Below, in pieces: positions 8,502 through 18,864 of a stretch of 34,079 bases of DNA. Below the pieces are notes generated by a model, which searched no databases, was not told the origin of the DNA, and saw only the letters and a program-made list of their open reading frames with translations. The stretch is taken from NCBI GenBank assembly GCA_041741035.1, contig JBGSKZ010000251.1, forward strand, positions 1-34,079, read 5' to 3'. The number at the start of each line of letters is the position of its first letter. Position 1 is the stretch's first letter. Both the position numbers and the translations under genes were made by a program. Origin of the DNA: Treponematales bacterium (lineage in GTDB: Bacteria; Spirochaetota; Spirochaetia; Treponematales; UBA12059).

Positions 8502-10817
8502 GAAGCAGGCTCAGTCATCCGTGTCTGGTCTTCCGGGTGTTCCACGGGGGAAGAAGCCTATTCCATCGCAATGCTCCTGGTAGAGGGCATGGAAAAAGCC
8601 AAACAAAAGTTTACCCTTCAGGTTTTTGCTACTGACATCGACTCCCAGGCCATAGCCGTTGCCAGGTCCGGGACCTATCCTGCGAGTATAGCGATGGACA
8701 TCACTGAGGAACGATTGTCCCGCTTTTTTACCCCGGAGCCTTCCATGCTGGATGAAAAACCCCTTTCGTACCGCATCAACAAGAGCATACGTGATTTACT
8801 GATCTTCTCGGAGCAGGACGTATTACGGGATCCTCCGTTCTCGAGGCTGGACCTCATCAGCTGCCGCAATCTCATGATATACCTGGACGGGGATTTGCAG
8901 AAGAAACTCATTCAGCGCTTCCACTATGCCTTGAATCCAGATGGCCTACTTTTTCTTGGTACCTCCGAAACAGTCGGTGAGTCTGCCGATCTCTTTGCAG
9001 TCCTGGACCGAAAGGCCAGGCTGTACCAACGCAAGAAGAATACTTCCAGTACCGGCAACTCGTTCCCCGGCGCTTATCTCGCAGCCCGCAAGACTCCGGA
9101 TGAGGTACGACCTGGTTATGTAGGAAAAAATATGAAAGCCGATAAAATTTCGTTGAAGGAACTTGCAGAACAGACGCTGTTGAAGAGGCTTGCGCCGTCA
9201 AGTGCCCTGGTGAACGGCCAGGGCGACATCTTCTACCTTCATGGCCGCACCGGCATGTACCTGGAGCCGCCTACTGGTGAAGTCGGTGCATACAATATTC
9301 TGAGCATGGCCCGGGAAGGCTTGACGAACGAGCTTGCTACGGCGCTTCGCAAGGCTGTCCATACCGGAGACATCGTCCGCTGTCCTGGGCTCCGGGTGAA
9401 GACAAATGCCCATTTTACACCAGTGGACCTGAGCATCTGCCCTGTCGGGAATGATTCCGGGGATTCCTCTTCCCCAGTCCTGTATCTGGTCCTGCTGCAG
9501 GAAGGGCAGGAGATCGAGACTGGGCATGATCAGGACCTTGCCTTGCAGACAGGCAGCCCGGAAGACAGCATCATCATTTCCCTGAAGCAGGAACTGAGGG
9601 CAAAGGAAGAATACCTGCAGAGTGCCAATGAAGAACTGGAGACTGCCAACGAGGAGCTTAAGTCATCCAATGAAGAAATGCAGTCAGTCAACGAGGAACT
9701 TCAATCCACCAATGAGGAGCTGGAAACCTCAAGGGAGGAATTGCAGTCGGTGAACGAGGAACTGGCAACGGTCAATACCGAACTTCAGAGCAAAGTGGCC
9801 GACCTGTCAATCATCAACAACGATATGAACAACCTCCTGTCTGGTACCGGCATAGCTACCGTCTTCGTCGACCATCAGATGTGTATCCTGCGCTATACAC
9901 CGACAGTAACCGTGATAATTAACCTGGTCAAAGGAGATGTCGGGCGTCCCATTCACCACTTTGTCAACAATCTGGTCGGTTACGAGACCATGATAGAAGA
10001 TATCCAGGCGGTGCTGGATACCCTGATCCCCAAAGAACTGGATGTGGTAACCATGCATGGAATCTGGTTCACCATGCGTATCCAGCCGTACCGCACGATA
10101 GATAACATCATCGAGGGTGCCGTGATCAACTTCGTGGATATCACCGATCGGAAACAGGCGGAAGACAAAGTGGGGCTCCTGCTTTCCGAGAAGGAACTCA
10201 TTCTCAGGGAAGTCAATCATCGCATCAAGAACAACATGTGCACCATGAAGGCCATGCTTGACCTGCAAGCCAGGGGCATGGCTGACAAGAAAGCCTCTGC
10301 CGCCCTGCTGGATGCCAGCAGCCGCATGCACAGCATGGAAATCCTGTATGACAAACTGTACCAGTCCAGCAACTTCTCGGAGCTATCGGTCAGGGAGTAC
10401 CTGTCCTTCCTGGTTGACGGGATTACGAGAAACTATTCAGGTGTACTGAATCTGACTGTTGTAAAACAATTTGACGATTTCATCCTTGATGCCGAGCGTT
10501 TACAGCCCCTGGGCATCATCATCAACGAACTGCTGACCAACGCGATGAAATACGCCTTTATAGGCAGGCCCAGTGGGGTGGTCAAGGTGGAAGCAGGTCT
10601 TGTTGGAGGCAGGGTTTCAGTGGCCGTCGCGGATGACGGCAAGGGCATGCCGGAATCCATCGATTTTGAAAATTCCACGGGCTTTGGCCTGATGCTTGTG
10701 CAAGGCTTGGCAATGCAGATAAAGGCAAGCACCCGGATAGAACGGGAGAAGGGAACCAGGATTAGCCTGGAGTTCGATCTGAACCACCCCGGGTTTACCG
10801 GAGACCGTATTATCTGA
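8502..10817 (+). CDS. CheR methyltransferase core, coiled coil, PAS and HisKA_2/HWE-type histidine kinase; 3' portion of the split CheB/CheR-PAS-HK gene
   Basis: Directly after the TAG the frame reads EAGSVIRVWSSGCSTGEEAYSIAMLL, the canonical CheR SAM-binding motif. The first ATG is at 8571 (the ORF-track start). Also present: an NEEL heptad coiled coil (about 9600-9800), a PAS segment, EVNHRIKNNM (HisKA_2 H-box) and an ATPase with DDGKGMP and GFGLMLV. Stop TGA 10815-10817. Confidence 0.85.
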   Translation, partial: EAGSVIRVWSSGCSTGEEAYSIAMLLVEGMEKAKQKFTLQVFATDIDSQAIAVARSGTYPASIAMDITEERLSRFFTPEPSMLDEKPLSYRINKSIRDLLIFSEQDVLRDPPFSRLDLISCRNLMIYLDGDLQKKLIQRFHYALNPDGLLFLGTSETVGESADLFAVLDRKARLYQRKKNTSSTGNSFPGAYLAARKTPDEVRPGYVGKNMKADKISLKELAEQTLLKRLAPSSALVNGQGDIFYLHGRTGMYLEPPTGEVGAYNILSMAREGLTNELATALRKAVHTGDIVRCPGLRVKTNAHFTPVDLSICPVGNDSGDSSSPVLYLVLLQEGQEIETGHDQDLALQTGSPEDSIIISLKQELRAKEEYLQSANEELETANEELKSSNEEMQSVNEELQSTNEELETSREELQSVNEELATVNTELQSKVADLSIINNDMNNLLSGTGIATVFVDHQMCILRYTPTVTVIINLVKGDVGRPIHHFVNNLVGYETMIEDIQAVLDTLIPKELDVVTMHGIWFTMRIQPYRTIDNIIEGAVINFVDITDRKQAEDKVGLLLSEKELILREVNHRIKNNMCTMKAMLDLQARGMADKKASAALLDASSRMHSMEILYDKLYQSSNFSELSVREYLSFLVDGITRNYSGVLNLTVVKQFDDFILDAERLQPLGIIINELLTNAMKYAFIGRPSGVVKVEAGLVGGRVSVAVADDGKGMPESIDFENSTGFGLMLVQGLAMQIKASTRIEREKGTRISLEFDLNHPGFTGDRII

Positions 10818-10861
10818 GAGGATACGGTTATGGAAAAGACAAACAGGTTTCCACAAGAGAT

Positions 10862-11219
10862 CAAAGATCGGCGGCTCCCCCGAAACGCTTAGGAGTTGGA
10901 TCCGCCAATGCGAACGATATCCTCAGACTGGCTTCAGCCGGAATCGATGGCGATGCCTACGGCAACGTGCTTGCTGAGACTATCAATGGGCTCTACAAGG
11001 CTGAAGTACTCCACCGCTTGGGACCTTGGAAAAACACAGCCGCAGTCGAAGCTGCTGCCCTGGACCGGGTCCACTGGTTCAATACCCGAAGGATTCTCGA
11101 GCCGATTGGGCACATTTCTCCATAAGATTATGAAGATATGTATGATACTGAACAGGCGGGCTTGCCCTTAGTGGCTGGACTCAAATGAACGAGTCTCCGG
11201 TTAAACCCGGGGCGGTTCA
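10862..11219 (+). mobile_element. 5'-truncated remnant of an IS3-family insertion sequence (transposase C-terminus plus right terminal inverted repeat)
   Basis: Frame 2 reads ...GIDGDAYGNVLAETINGLYKAEVLHRLGPWKNTAAVEAAALDRVHWFNTRRILEPIGHISP*DYEDMY..., the characteristic C-terminus of IS3-family OrfB (DDE/rve). It contains an in-frame TAA at 11123-11125. The element ends ...CCCGGGGCGGTTCA at 11219, the reverse complement of TGAACCGCCCCGGG, which matches my recollection of IS3-group termini. Confidence 0.7.
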
Positions 11220-11257
11220 CTCTTGGCATTATGATTGACGACCTCGATTCCGGGCGG

Positions 11258-12793
11258 CTACGAAGGGAGGGCAGAGCCTTCAGCCGGCAGGGAGAAATAA
11301 AAGGTGGCGCCTGCGCCTTCTTCTCCTTCAGCCCAGACTGTACCGCCATGGCGCCTGACTATCCTTTCGACAATTGACAGTCCGATACCGGTGCCGGCAA
11401 AATCGCTGGTGGAGTGGAGGCGCTGGAAAACGCCGAACAGCTTGTGTGCGTAAGCAGGATTGAATCCCACTCCGTTGTCCTGCACTGAAAAAATAGTGAA
11501 ATTGGCTTCGCAGAGGCCCTTGATGCTTATTCTGCGTTCACTCCTGGGCTTGGTGAACTTTACTGCGTTCATGATCAGATTTGTCCAGACTTGATACAGC
11601 AGCAGGCTGTCTCCATGAACGGCAGGCAATTCGTCCATGGTTATTTCAAGCTCCCCATCTGCTTCCGTTTCCGTAATCTTCTCGACAATCGATTTTACCA
11701 GGGCCTGCATGTCCACGACCTGCTTCCGGAAATCCGAGCGTGTGTACCTGGAAAGGGAAAGCAGGGCAGATATCAGGCTGCCCATATGCTGCACTCCCGC
11801 TCGGATTTCATCCAGGAATCCAAGGCCCTTGTCGCCCAGGATGCCAGAAAAATCTTCTGCAAGCATGGCCGAGTATCCATCTATGGTGCGCAGTGGAGCT
11901 CGAAGGTCATGTGAAACCGAATACGAGAAAGATTCCAGTTCTTTATTCGCATATTCAAGCTCTCTTGTCCGATCGGCTACCCGCTGTTCCAATTCAGAAT
12001 TGAGACGAAGGATTTCGTCCTCCGCCTGTTTTCGCTGTGTTATATCCCTGACATTGCATTGCATGATGTCCCGGTGGTTTACCCGGTAAACAGTTCGGAC
12101 GACTTCGACGGCAAGGCTTTTGCCTGCCTTGCTTGTCACATACTTGATGACGGTGGTGTTGTATATCTGGAAGTCATGAACAGGTTGATCCGGCAGTATG
12201 CAGGCAATGGCATCCTGTGAAGCAAGCTCAAATGTTTTCATGCCAAGATACTCATCAGGCGAGGTTTCAAGGAGCTTTGCCAAGGCGGGATTAATATCGA
12301 TGATCCTGTTGCTCTGGAGATCAATGATCAGTATGCCGTCCTGGGCGGTCTCGAAAAGTCGGCGGTACTTTATTTCAGACGCACGGAGGTTGTCCTCCCG
12401 CATTTCAAGATGGACCTTGATCCTGGATCTGACTACATCCGGATCAATAGGTTTAGCGATGAAATCGACAGCTCCGACTACGAATCCTTCCTGTTCGGTC
12501 GTGGTCCTGTCGGTGGCGGACATGAATATAACCGGTATGGTCGATCCTTCTTCATCCTGTTTGATCCTGCGGCAGGTCTCGAAGCCATCCATGCCGGGCA
12601 TGGAGATATCCAGGAGGATCAGGTCTGGATGAGGAGCGGCTCTTGCGATCTTCAGGCCTTCTTCTCCGCTGGTTGCGATCTTTATCCGGTAATCGGCCTT
12701 GAGCACTTCCTTGAGTACCACGATGGAATCGGGAACATCATCCACGATGAGTACGGTTTTTTTTAGCTCCGGCAATCCAGGTGACTTTCTCAT
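11258..12793 (-). CDS. REC-PAS-histidine kinase (HisKA + HATPase_c)
   Basis: REC: VLIVDDVPD...DLILLDISMPGMDGFE. PAS segment present. H-box: SFSYSVSHDLRAPLRTI. ATPase: NLIMNAVKFT, DNGVGF, GTGIGLSIV. Its ATG overlaps the upstream TAA by 1 nt (TAATG). Stop TAG 11258-11260. Confidence 0.9.
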   Translation of the reverse strand: MRKSPGLPELKKTVLIVDDVPDSIVVLKEVLKADYRIKIATSGEEGLKIARAAPHPDLILLDISMPGMDGFETCRRIKQDEEGSTIPVIFMSATDRTTTEQEGFVVGAVDFIAKPIDPDVVRSRIKVHLEMREDNLRASEIKYRRLFETAQDGILIIDLQSNRIIDINPALAKLLETSPDEYLGMKTFELASQDAIACILPDQPVHDFQIYNTTVIKYVTSKAGKSLAVEVVRTVYRVNHRDIMQCNVRDITQRKQAEDEILRLNSELEQRVADRTRELEYANKELESFSYSVSHDLRAPLRTIDGYSAMLAEDFSGILGDKGLGFLDEIRAGVQHMGSLISALLSLSRYTRSDFRKQVVDMQALVKSIVEKITETEADGELEITMDELPAVHGDSLLLYQVWTNLIMNAVKFTKPRSERRISIKGLCEANFTIFSVQDNGVGFNPAYAHKLFGVFQRLHSTSDFAGTGIGLSIVERIVRRHGGTVWAEGEEGAGATFYFSLPAEGSALPS

Positions 12794-13902
12794 TAGGCTT
12801 GTACACCCTGGTCATTGAATGACTTGACTATCTCCACAAACTGCGGGCAGATATCAATGAAGGCAGATAGCACTTCCGGGTCGAAATGGCTGCCGGATCC
12901 CTTGCGTATGATTTCCACTGCTTCTTCATGGGGGAAGGCGTCTTTGTAGACGCGCTTGCTTATGAGGGCGTCGTACACATCGGGTATGGCCATGAGCAGG
13001 GCGGGAATGGGGATATCAGCTCCGGAGCAGCCGCAGGGATAGCCGCTTCCATCCCACTTTTCGTGGTGGCTTCCGGCAATCTCCCGGGCAAAGTGCAGGA
13101 AGGTAACCGGGCAATCAAGACGTTTCTCCGCTGCGGCTATGGCAGCCTGTCCAAGGGTGGTATGGGTCTTCATTATATCGAATTCTTCTGGAGTGAGCTT
13201 GCCAGGTTTCATGAGGATGCTGTCCGGAATGCCCACTTTTCCGATGTCGTGCAACGGGGCGGATTTATACAGGAGTTCGATGTTCTCGTCTGTAAGGAAG
13301 TTCCTGAATCTCCTCTTGTCCCTCAGGCGGAGGGCAAGTGCCCGTACATAGTGCTGGGTACGGCGGATATGATTCCCCGTCTCGTTGTCCCGGGTCTCCG
13401 CCAGGGATCCAAGGGCAACCATAGTGACATCCTGGATCTGCTGGACTTCCATGGTTCGCCGGGCGACTTCCTTCTCCAGGTATTCATTCTTGTCCTTCAG
13501 GAAATCTCTGAGGGTTTTCAGGTGAAGGTGGTTCCTGATTCTGGCCTGCACGATTGCCGGGCTGAGGGGCTTGGTGATGTAGTCTTCTGCCCCCAGATCA
13601 AGCCCCTGCTGTTCATCCCTTTCCTCGTTCTTGGTGGTCAGGAATATTATTGGTATATCCGCCGTCCGCGGATCCTGCTTGAGCCTTCGGCATACTTCAT
13701 AGCCATCCATGCCCGGCATCATTACATCAAGAAGGATGAGATCAAGCTCGTCTCCACGCTGTGCGACTTCAAGAGCCATCTGGCCAGAGACCGCCACCTT
13801 TATCCTGTACGTATTCCGGAGCACTTCCTTAAGCAGAATAATGTTGTCGACGGTATCGTCGACAATAAGTATGGTGGCCTGTCTGTCAGAGTGGTTTCCC
13901 AT
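12793..13902 (-). CDS. response regulator with HD-GYP domain (predicted c-di-GMP phosphodiesterase, RpfG-like)
   Basis: REC: [10 protein letters not shown]...[20 protein letters not shown]: [10 protein letters not shown] and [11 protein letters not shown]. Start chosen at ATG 13900-13902 (MGNHSDRQ), preceded by AAAGGA; the ORF track extends to 13995 inside the upstream gene. Confidence 0.9.
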   Translation of the reverse strand: MGNHSDRQATILIVDDTVDNIILLKEVLRNTYRIKVAVSGQMALEVAQRGDELDLILLDVMMPGMDGYEVCRRLKQDPRTADIPIIFLTTKNEERDEQQGLDLGAEDYITKPLSPAIVQARIRNHLHLKTLRDFLKDKNEYLEKEVARRTMEVQQIQDVTMVALGSLAETRDNETGNHIRRTQHYVRALALRLRDKRRFRNFLTDENIELLYKSAPLHDIGKVGIPDSILMKPGKLTPEEFDIMKTHTTLGQAAIAAAEKRLDCPVTFLHFAREIAGSHHEKWDGSGYPCGCSGADIPIPALLMAIPDVYDALISKRVYKDAFPHEEAVEIIRKGSGSHFDPEVLSAFIDICPQFVEIVKSFNDQGVQA

Positions 13903-16870
13903 TGGCAAATCCTTTTCCGGTTGTATCTGGAGGGTCAAGGGTACTGATGATCTTTCTGGCCGCGGCAAAATTATAGGCTCCCAGGGCGGTTGCAAGCAGG
14001 ATTACCATTTCGGCGGAAAGTGACTTCTTTAGCTGGCTCTGGATGGAAACGAAGTAATCAACCGCCTCGCTGTCATTCTCTTCTATGAGGAACTTCAGCC
14101 TGGCGTACATCTCGGCCCCTGAAAGTAGCTGCCCGCTTTCCTGTGGTGTTTCCGCATCCGGTTCCTTCACTTCATGCAACGTTGATGTGATGGTGCTTAT
14201 AAGTGCGGTCAGCAGGGATGAGAGCTGGGCAAGGTGGCGGTTGGTTACGGTGGTGTCTTCCTTTGCAGCGATCGAAGTTTCAAGCAACTCCGCTACCTGC
14301 TGTACTTTCGTTGCGCCGATAGTACCCGCCACCCCCTTGAGCGTGTGGGCAGCCCGCTCGGCACTGTTCCGGTCGCCACTTTCCAGATGTCGCCTGATGG
14401 TATCGACCGCGGCTTCCTGGCCATCGACAAAGCGGCGGAGCAGGTCTATATACAGTTGCCTGTTCCCATTCACATGGGTGCGGCCGACCCCGGTATCTAT
14501 GCCCGCCATTCCTGGAAGCCAGGTGGATACGGTACCCGACGTTTGCTTCTCTTCCGACTGCCCTCCGAAGGACGAACCGGATTGGTAGAACTTCTCTAGC
14601 GTCTTGAACATGGTCGGGGGGTCGATAGGCTTGCTGATGTATCCGTTCATGCCGGCAAGCCTGGTCTTCTCCCGATCGGTATCCAGGACGTGGGCGGTCA
14701 TGGCGATGACCGGTAGGTCGGCAAAGCGCTCCTGTGCCCGTATCCGCCGCAGGGTTTCATAGCCGTCCATGCCAGGCATCTGTATATCCAGGAGGACGAT
14801 GTCGTAATGCGCTTCCGTATCTTCCAGCATATGTAGGGCTATCAAGCCAGATTCTGCTACATCGACCTTCACTCCCTCGCTGAAGAGCAATTCTGAGGCC
14901 ACTTGCTGGTTCATCGCATTATCTTCCACCAGCAGGACCCTGGCTCCTTCGAGTGTCTGCCCGGAGCTGCTGTCAGGCTTGAGCGTACCAGCAGCGGAAC
15001 CTGGCGAGGGTTTGAAAACATTTATGATCGCATCGAACAGCATCGAGCAGGTTATAGGCTTGAGCAGGAAGGAAGTGGCCCCGGCGTTTCTTGCGGCCTT
15101 GCGTTCCGCTTCTCCTTCACTCCAGCCGCTGAGCATTATGACCACAGGAATATTCTTCAGTTCGCCGCCGTGAATGATGCACTTTGTGGTTTCTATGCCA
15201 TCGATCCCGGGCATTATCCAGTCCATGAGGACAAGGTTGTAAGGATCCTGAGCATCGGCCTGCTTGACCAGGTCAATCGCCTGCTCGCCTGAGTCTGCAA
15301 CCTCTACCCTGAAGTGCTGGGCCAGCAGGATCTGCTGGATGAAGTTCCTTGTTATAAAATTATCATCAACTACAAGGATTCTCAAACCCTTCATGGTGGA
15401 TGGGAAGACAAGCTTGTGCTGGCTGTTCTGCGCTTCAAAACCGAAGCTGGCAGAAAAACTGAAGGTACTGCCTGCTCCTGGTTCGCTCCGTACCTGGATC
15501 CGGCCACCCATCATCCCTACCAGTTTCTTTACAATGCTCAGGCCAAGACCCGTGCCGCCATATCTTCGGGACATGGAGTTGTCGGCCTGGGAAAAGGGCT
15601 GGAACAGTTTGCCGAGTTGTTCCTCTGTCATGCCTATACCGGTATCCCTCACGGTAAAGAGGACCCTGACCGCAGTAGTGCTTTTTTCAAGGACTTCAAG
15701 CCGCAGTTCGATCTCGCCTTTTTCGGTGAACTTAACGCCGTTGCTGACAAGGTTTACCAGGATTTGCTGAAGCCGGTATGGATCCCCTACAAGATTCGAA
15801 GGCAGATCCGGTGGTACGGTAAGTATGAACTCCAGACCCTTGGCGTTCGCATTGACCGTAGTGAATGACACTACCGCGTCCAGCACGATGTCCATGGTAA
15901 AGGCTACTTGTTCAATAGTCAGGCGTCCTGCTTCTATCTTTGAAAAATCAAGGATATCGTTGATGGTGGCAAGCAGGGTCTTGCCCGCGAGATGAATCTT
16001 GTCGATATAATCCTTTTGCCTGGGCTCAAGGCTGGTTTTCAGGGCAAGGCTTGAAAAGCCGATCACCGCGTTCAGGGGTGTCCTGATCTCGTGGCTCATG
16101 GCGGCCAGGAAATCGCTCTTTGCGTTGTTTGCCTGTTCGGCACTGAGCCTGGCGGCCTCAAGCTCCTCGTTTGCTGCCTGTAACTGGCTTGTACGTTCAA
16201 GGACACGGTTTTCGAGTTCGGCATTGAGGATCCGGATTTCCTCGGCCGCGTGCTTGCGTTCGGCCATCTCAAGCCGTAATGCTTCCGTCCTGGTTCTTAC
16301 TAGTTCCTCCAAATGATCGTTCAGGGTCTCCAGTTCGCCTTCAGCTTCCATGAGTTCCTTGTTCCTCATAACGGCAGCCTCATACGATGAAAGGAGCAGG
16401 CTGAACAACTGGGAAGCTTTTACGGTAATGGTGTGCTTGCCGGCGGCAATTGGTACTTCAAGGGTAAGTTCCGTCCCGGGGATTGCCAGGTTTTTGGTAA
16501 TTCCGCCCGATAGTATCCGGGGCAGCAGTTCAACCAGGTACTGTTCATTGAAGGGTTTCGTTACATAGAAATCCGCACCGCATTCAAGACCGGCCAGTAC
16601 ATCTTCAGCCTCACCGAGGGAGGTAAGGAGTATCACCGGCACATCCCTGGTCTTTTCCCCGTCCTTGATCTGCCGACATAGCTCATACCCGCTCATTTCC
16701 GGCATTATGATATCGCTGATGACAAGGGATGGCAGGTGTTCCTCAAGCCGTGCCAGGGCTTCGGAGGCTCTGCCCGCTGATATGATACGGTATGGCATTT
16801 GTTCCAGTACATGCCGCAACAGTTCGAGCTGGGTGGGGCTGTCATCAACGATGAGTATTTCATGGTCCAT
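13886..16870 (-). CDS. hybrid sensor histidine kinase: REC, coiled coil, HisKA, HATPase_c, REC, REC, Hpt
   Basis: REC: [10 protein letters not shown]...[12 protein letters not shown]-box: [17 protein letters not shown]. ATPase: DTGIGM and [10 protein letters not shown]. Two further receivers: [19 protein letters not shown] and [20 protein letters not shown]. Hpt: [13 protein letters not shown]. Start taken at ATG 16868-16870 ([10 protein letters not shown]) after GGGAGG; the longer track ORF overlaps cheB. Confidence 0.9.
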   Translation of the reverse strand: MDHEILIVDDSPTQLELLRHVLEQMPYRIISAGRASEALARLEEHLPSLVISDIIMPEMSGYELCRQIKDGEKTRDVPVILLTSLGEAEDVLAGLECGADFYVTKPFNEQYLVELLPRILSGGITKNLAIPGTELTLEVPIAAGKHTITVKASQLFSLLLSSYEAAVMRNKELMEAEGELETLNDHLEELVRTRTEALRLEMAERKHAAEEIRILNAELENRVLERTSQLQAANEELEAARLSAEQANNAKSDFLAAMSHEIRTPLNAVIGFSSLALKTSLEPRQKDYIDKIHLAGKTLLATINDILDFSKIEAGRLTIEQVAFTMDIVLDAVVSFTTVNANAKGLEFILTVPPDLPSNLVGDPYRLQQILVNLVSNGVKFTEKGEIELRLEVLEKSTTAVRVLFTVRDTGIGMTEEQLGKLFQPFSQADNSMSRRYGGTGLGLSIVKKLVGMMGGRIQVRSEPGAGSTFSFSASFGFEAQNSQHKLVFPSTMKGLRILVVDDNFITRNFIQQILLAQHFRVEVADSGEQAIDLVKQADAQDPYNLVLMDWIMPGIDGIETTKCIIHGGELKNIPVVIMLSGWSEGEAERKAARNAGATSFLLKPITCSMLFDAIINVFKPSPGSAAGTLKPDSSSGQTLEGARVLLVEDNAMNQQVASELLFSEGVKVDVAESGLIALHMLEDTEAHYDIVLLDIQMPGMDGYETLRRIRAQERFADLPVIAMTAHVLDTDREKTRLAGMNGYISKPIDPPTMFKTLEKFYQSGSSFGGQSEEKQTSGTVSTWLPGMAGIDTGVGRTHVNGNRQLYIDLLRRFVDGQEAAVDTIRRHLESGDRNSAERAAHTLKGVAGTIGATKVQQVAELLETSIAAKEDTTVTNRHLAQLSSLLTALISTITSTLHEVKEPDAETPQESGQLLSGAEMYARLKFLIEENDSEAVDYFVSIQSQLKKSLSAEMVILLATALGAYNFAAARKIISTLDPPDTTGKGFANGKPL

Positions 16871-17936
16871 GGAAGGCCTCCCGTGATTTTCCGGCAAGGG
16901 ATGAAAGCAGAGTGGCAATGCACTCCGGAGAAAGGATATACCTAGCTGCTTGGATTTTGTTTGCTTCTCCAGGCATACCATAGACCACCGAGCTTTTCTC
17001 ATCCTGGGCTATGGTGAGTGCGCCTGCTTCCTTCATGGCTTTCAGTTCGTCTGCGCCATCCCGCCCCATGCCGGTCAGCAGGACACCTGCTGCCTGGGAG
17101 CCAGACTCGATCAGAACGGATCGGAAGAGGTGCCCCACTGAAGGGCGTATCCCGTTATAGACAGCTGAATGTTCACATAATTGTATACGCATTCCGCCCT
17201 GGACTCCCAGATGGTAGCCGTCAGGGGCGACATAGGCACGGCCAGGTGAAATGGCTTGGCCTTGTGTGGCGATACGTACCGGAAAGCCTGATGCTCCGGA
17301 CAACCATTCTGCAAATCCCTGGACGAAGCCCTCCGCTATATGCTGGGCTATGAGTATGGGCAGGGGAAAATCATGCGCCAAACCGGAGAGCAGATTCTTA
17401 AGGGCAAGGGGACCGCCGGTGGAGGCGCCTATGGCAACGATCCTGATTCCGGAACTGGCTTCATACTCTTTCAGGGGCATTGTATGTCCTGGAATGCATC
17501 CCGGATCGCGTCGGGGGATCCTCCGTACGACTTTTATTTCAGACATCATCTTCACGGTGTGCAGCAGTTCTCTTGCCAGCGATCCGGATGATCCATCATG
17601 GAAACCAGGAGGACGCAGAACCACCGCGAGAGCCCCGGCTTCCAGGGCCTGGAAGGTGAAGGCAAGCTCTTCCATCACCGTGTTACCGCTGACTACCACA
17701 ATCGGGACGGGTGAAGTTTCCATTATACGGCGGGTTGCTTCCAGCCCGTCCATGACCGGCATGTTTATATCCATGGTCACGACCGATGGACGAAGCAGTC
17801 TGGCAGCCCGTACGGCTTCTTCTCCGTTATGGGCCAGTCCCGCGATCTCAAAATCCGGGTCGGATCTGAAGATATGCGCGAGGAATTCCCGGATGACCGG
17901 TGAATCTTCAACGATGAGGACCCTGATGGGCTTCAT
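16860..17936 (-). CDS. cheB: chemotaxis response regulator protein-glutamate methylesterase CheB (REC + methylesterase)
   Basis: REC: [12 protein letters not shown]...[12 protein letters not shown]. Esterase: [40 protein letters not shown]. Its ATG overlaps the cheA stop as ATGA. Confidence 0.9.
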   Translation of the reverse strand: MKPIRVLIVEDSPVIREFLAHIFRSDPDFEIAGLAHNGEEAVRAARLLRPSVVTMDINMPVMDGLEATRRIMETSPVPIVVVSGNTVMEELAFTFQALEAGALAVVLRPPGFHDGSSGSLARELLHTVKMMSEIKVVRRIPRRDPGCIPGHTMPLKEYEASSGIRIVAIGASTGGPLALKNLLSGLAHDFPLPILIAQHIAEGFVQGFAEWLSGASGFPVRIATQGQAISPGRAYVAPDGYHLGVQGGMRIQLCEHSAVYNGIRPSVGHLFRSVLIESGSQAAGVLLTGMGRDGADELKAMKEAGALTIAQDEKSSVVYGMPGEANKIQAARYILSPECIATLLSSLAGKSREAFHGP

Positions 17937-18862
17937 AGCAACCTGCCGATGGTTTCAAGGAGGTTGCTCTGGTCAAAACTGCTTTTGACTATATAGGCAT
18001 CGGCACCAACCTCGATGCCCCGTTCAATATCATCCCGAGATTCCAGCGCCGTGACAAGGATGACCGGGATACCGGCCAGCCGCGGGTCGCCGCGGACCTT
18101 TGCACACAACTCGAATCCGCTCATGCGGGGCATGTCGACATCCGAGACAAGAAGGTCGAAATCTTCCGCCAGTGCCCTGGAATATGCTTCAACGCCATCG
18201 ACTGCGGTAGCTACCTGGTATCCGGCGGTCTGTAGCATGGTCCTCAGCAGGGAACGGGCGGTGATCGAGTCATCGGCCACCAGAATGTTCCTGACCTTCC
18301 CCTCTGGCTGTCCGGATCCCTGTTCCAGGGGTTTTAGTGGAGCAGTTCCTCTGCTTGCCTCGATCCTCACGGCCGACTGCATCAGCTCCGAGGTGTTGAG
18401 GATGGGTACTATCCTTCCGTCTTCGAGAAAGGCTGTTCCCGAGATGTTGCGTACCCGCTTCAGGAGGGGGCCCAGATTCTTCTGGATGATTTCCTGTTCG
18501 TCGATGAGTTCGTCTATCTGGAAGGCGACGCTGTGGTCGGCGGAGGACATGACCAGAACCAGCATGAATCCGTCGGCCTGTCCGGAGCCCTGCATGCCCT
18601 GCCCTCCCGGTCTGGCCAGCCTGGGCAGACCCAGGGCATCGGCCAGGGGCAGGAGTGCCATATCCTGTCCCTGCAGGCTGACCATCATGGAGGTTCCGAG
18701 GCTTCTGACCTCATGTGATGCTATCCTGGCTACGCGAGCCACGTTCCGGGTTGGAAGGATGAACTCCCTGTCCCCTGTACGGACCAGCATGCCCCGAAGG
18801 GTGGATACAGTCATTGGGACCTGGATGATGAAGGTGGTCCCGATCTGGGGCTGCGACTCCAC
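17933..18862 (-). CDS. cheA: CheA C-terminal portion (end of ATPase, CheW-like domain, C-terminal REC), separated from the N-terminal portion by a frameshift
   Basis: Upstream of the track start this frame reads GNITVESQPQIGTTFIIQVPMTVSTL (end of the CheA ATPase). A CheW-like regulatory domain follows, then REC (ILVADDSITARS...LLVSDVDMPRMSGFE). WspE-like architecture. Confidence 0.85.
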   Translation of the reverse strand: MESQPQIGTTFIIQVPMTVSTLRGMLVRTGDREFILPTRNVARVARIASHEVRSLGTSMMVSLQGQDMALLPLADALGLPRLARPGGQGMQGSGQADGFMLVLVMSSADHSVAFQIDELIDEQEIIQKNLGPLLKRVRNISGTAFLEDGRIVPILNTSELMQSAVRIEASRGTAPLKPLEQGSGQPEGKVRNILVADDSITARSLLRTMLQTAGYQVATAVDGVEAYSRALAEDFDLLVSDVDMPRMSGFELCAKVRGDPRLAGIPVILVTALESRDDIERGIEVGADAYIVKSSFDQSNLLETIGRLL

Positions 18863-18864
18863 TG

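Noticed and set aside
9590-9800. A periodic 21-nt-like repetition (GAGGAACT.. / AATGAAGAA..) that looks like a tandem DNA repeat.
   Set aside because: It is in frame and encodes NEEL(x)3 heptads (EELETANEELKSSNEEMQSVNEELQSTNEELETSREELQSVNEELATVNTELQ). This is the coiled coil typical of CheB/CheR fusion kinases, not a repeat array or CRISPR.
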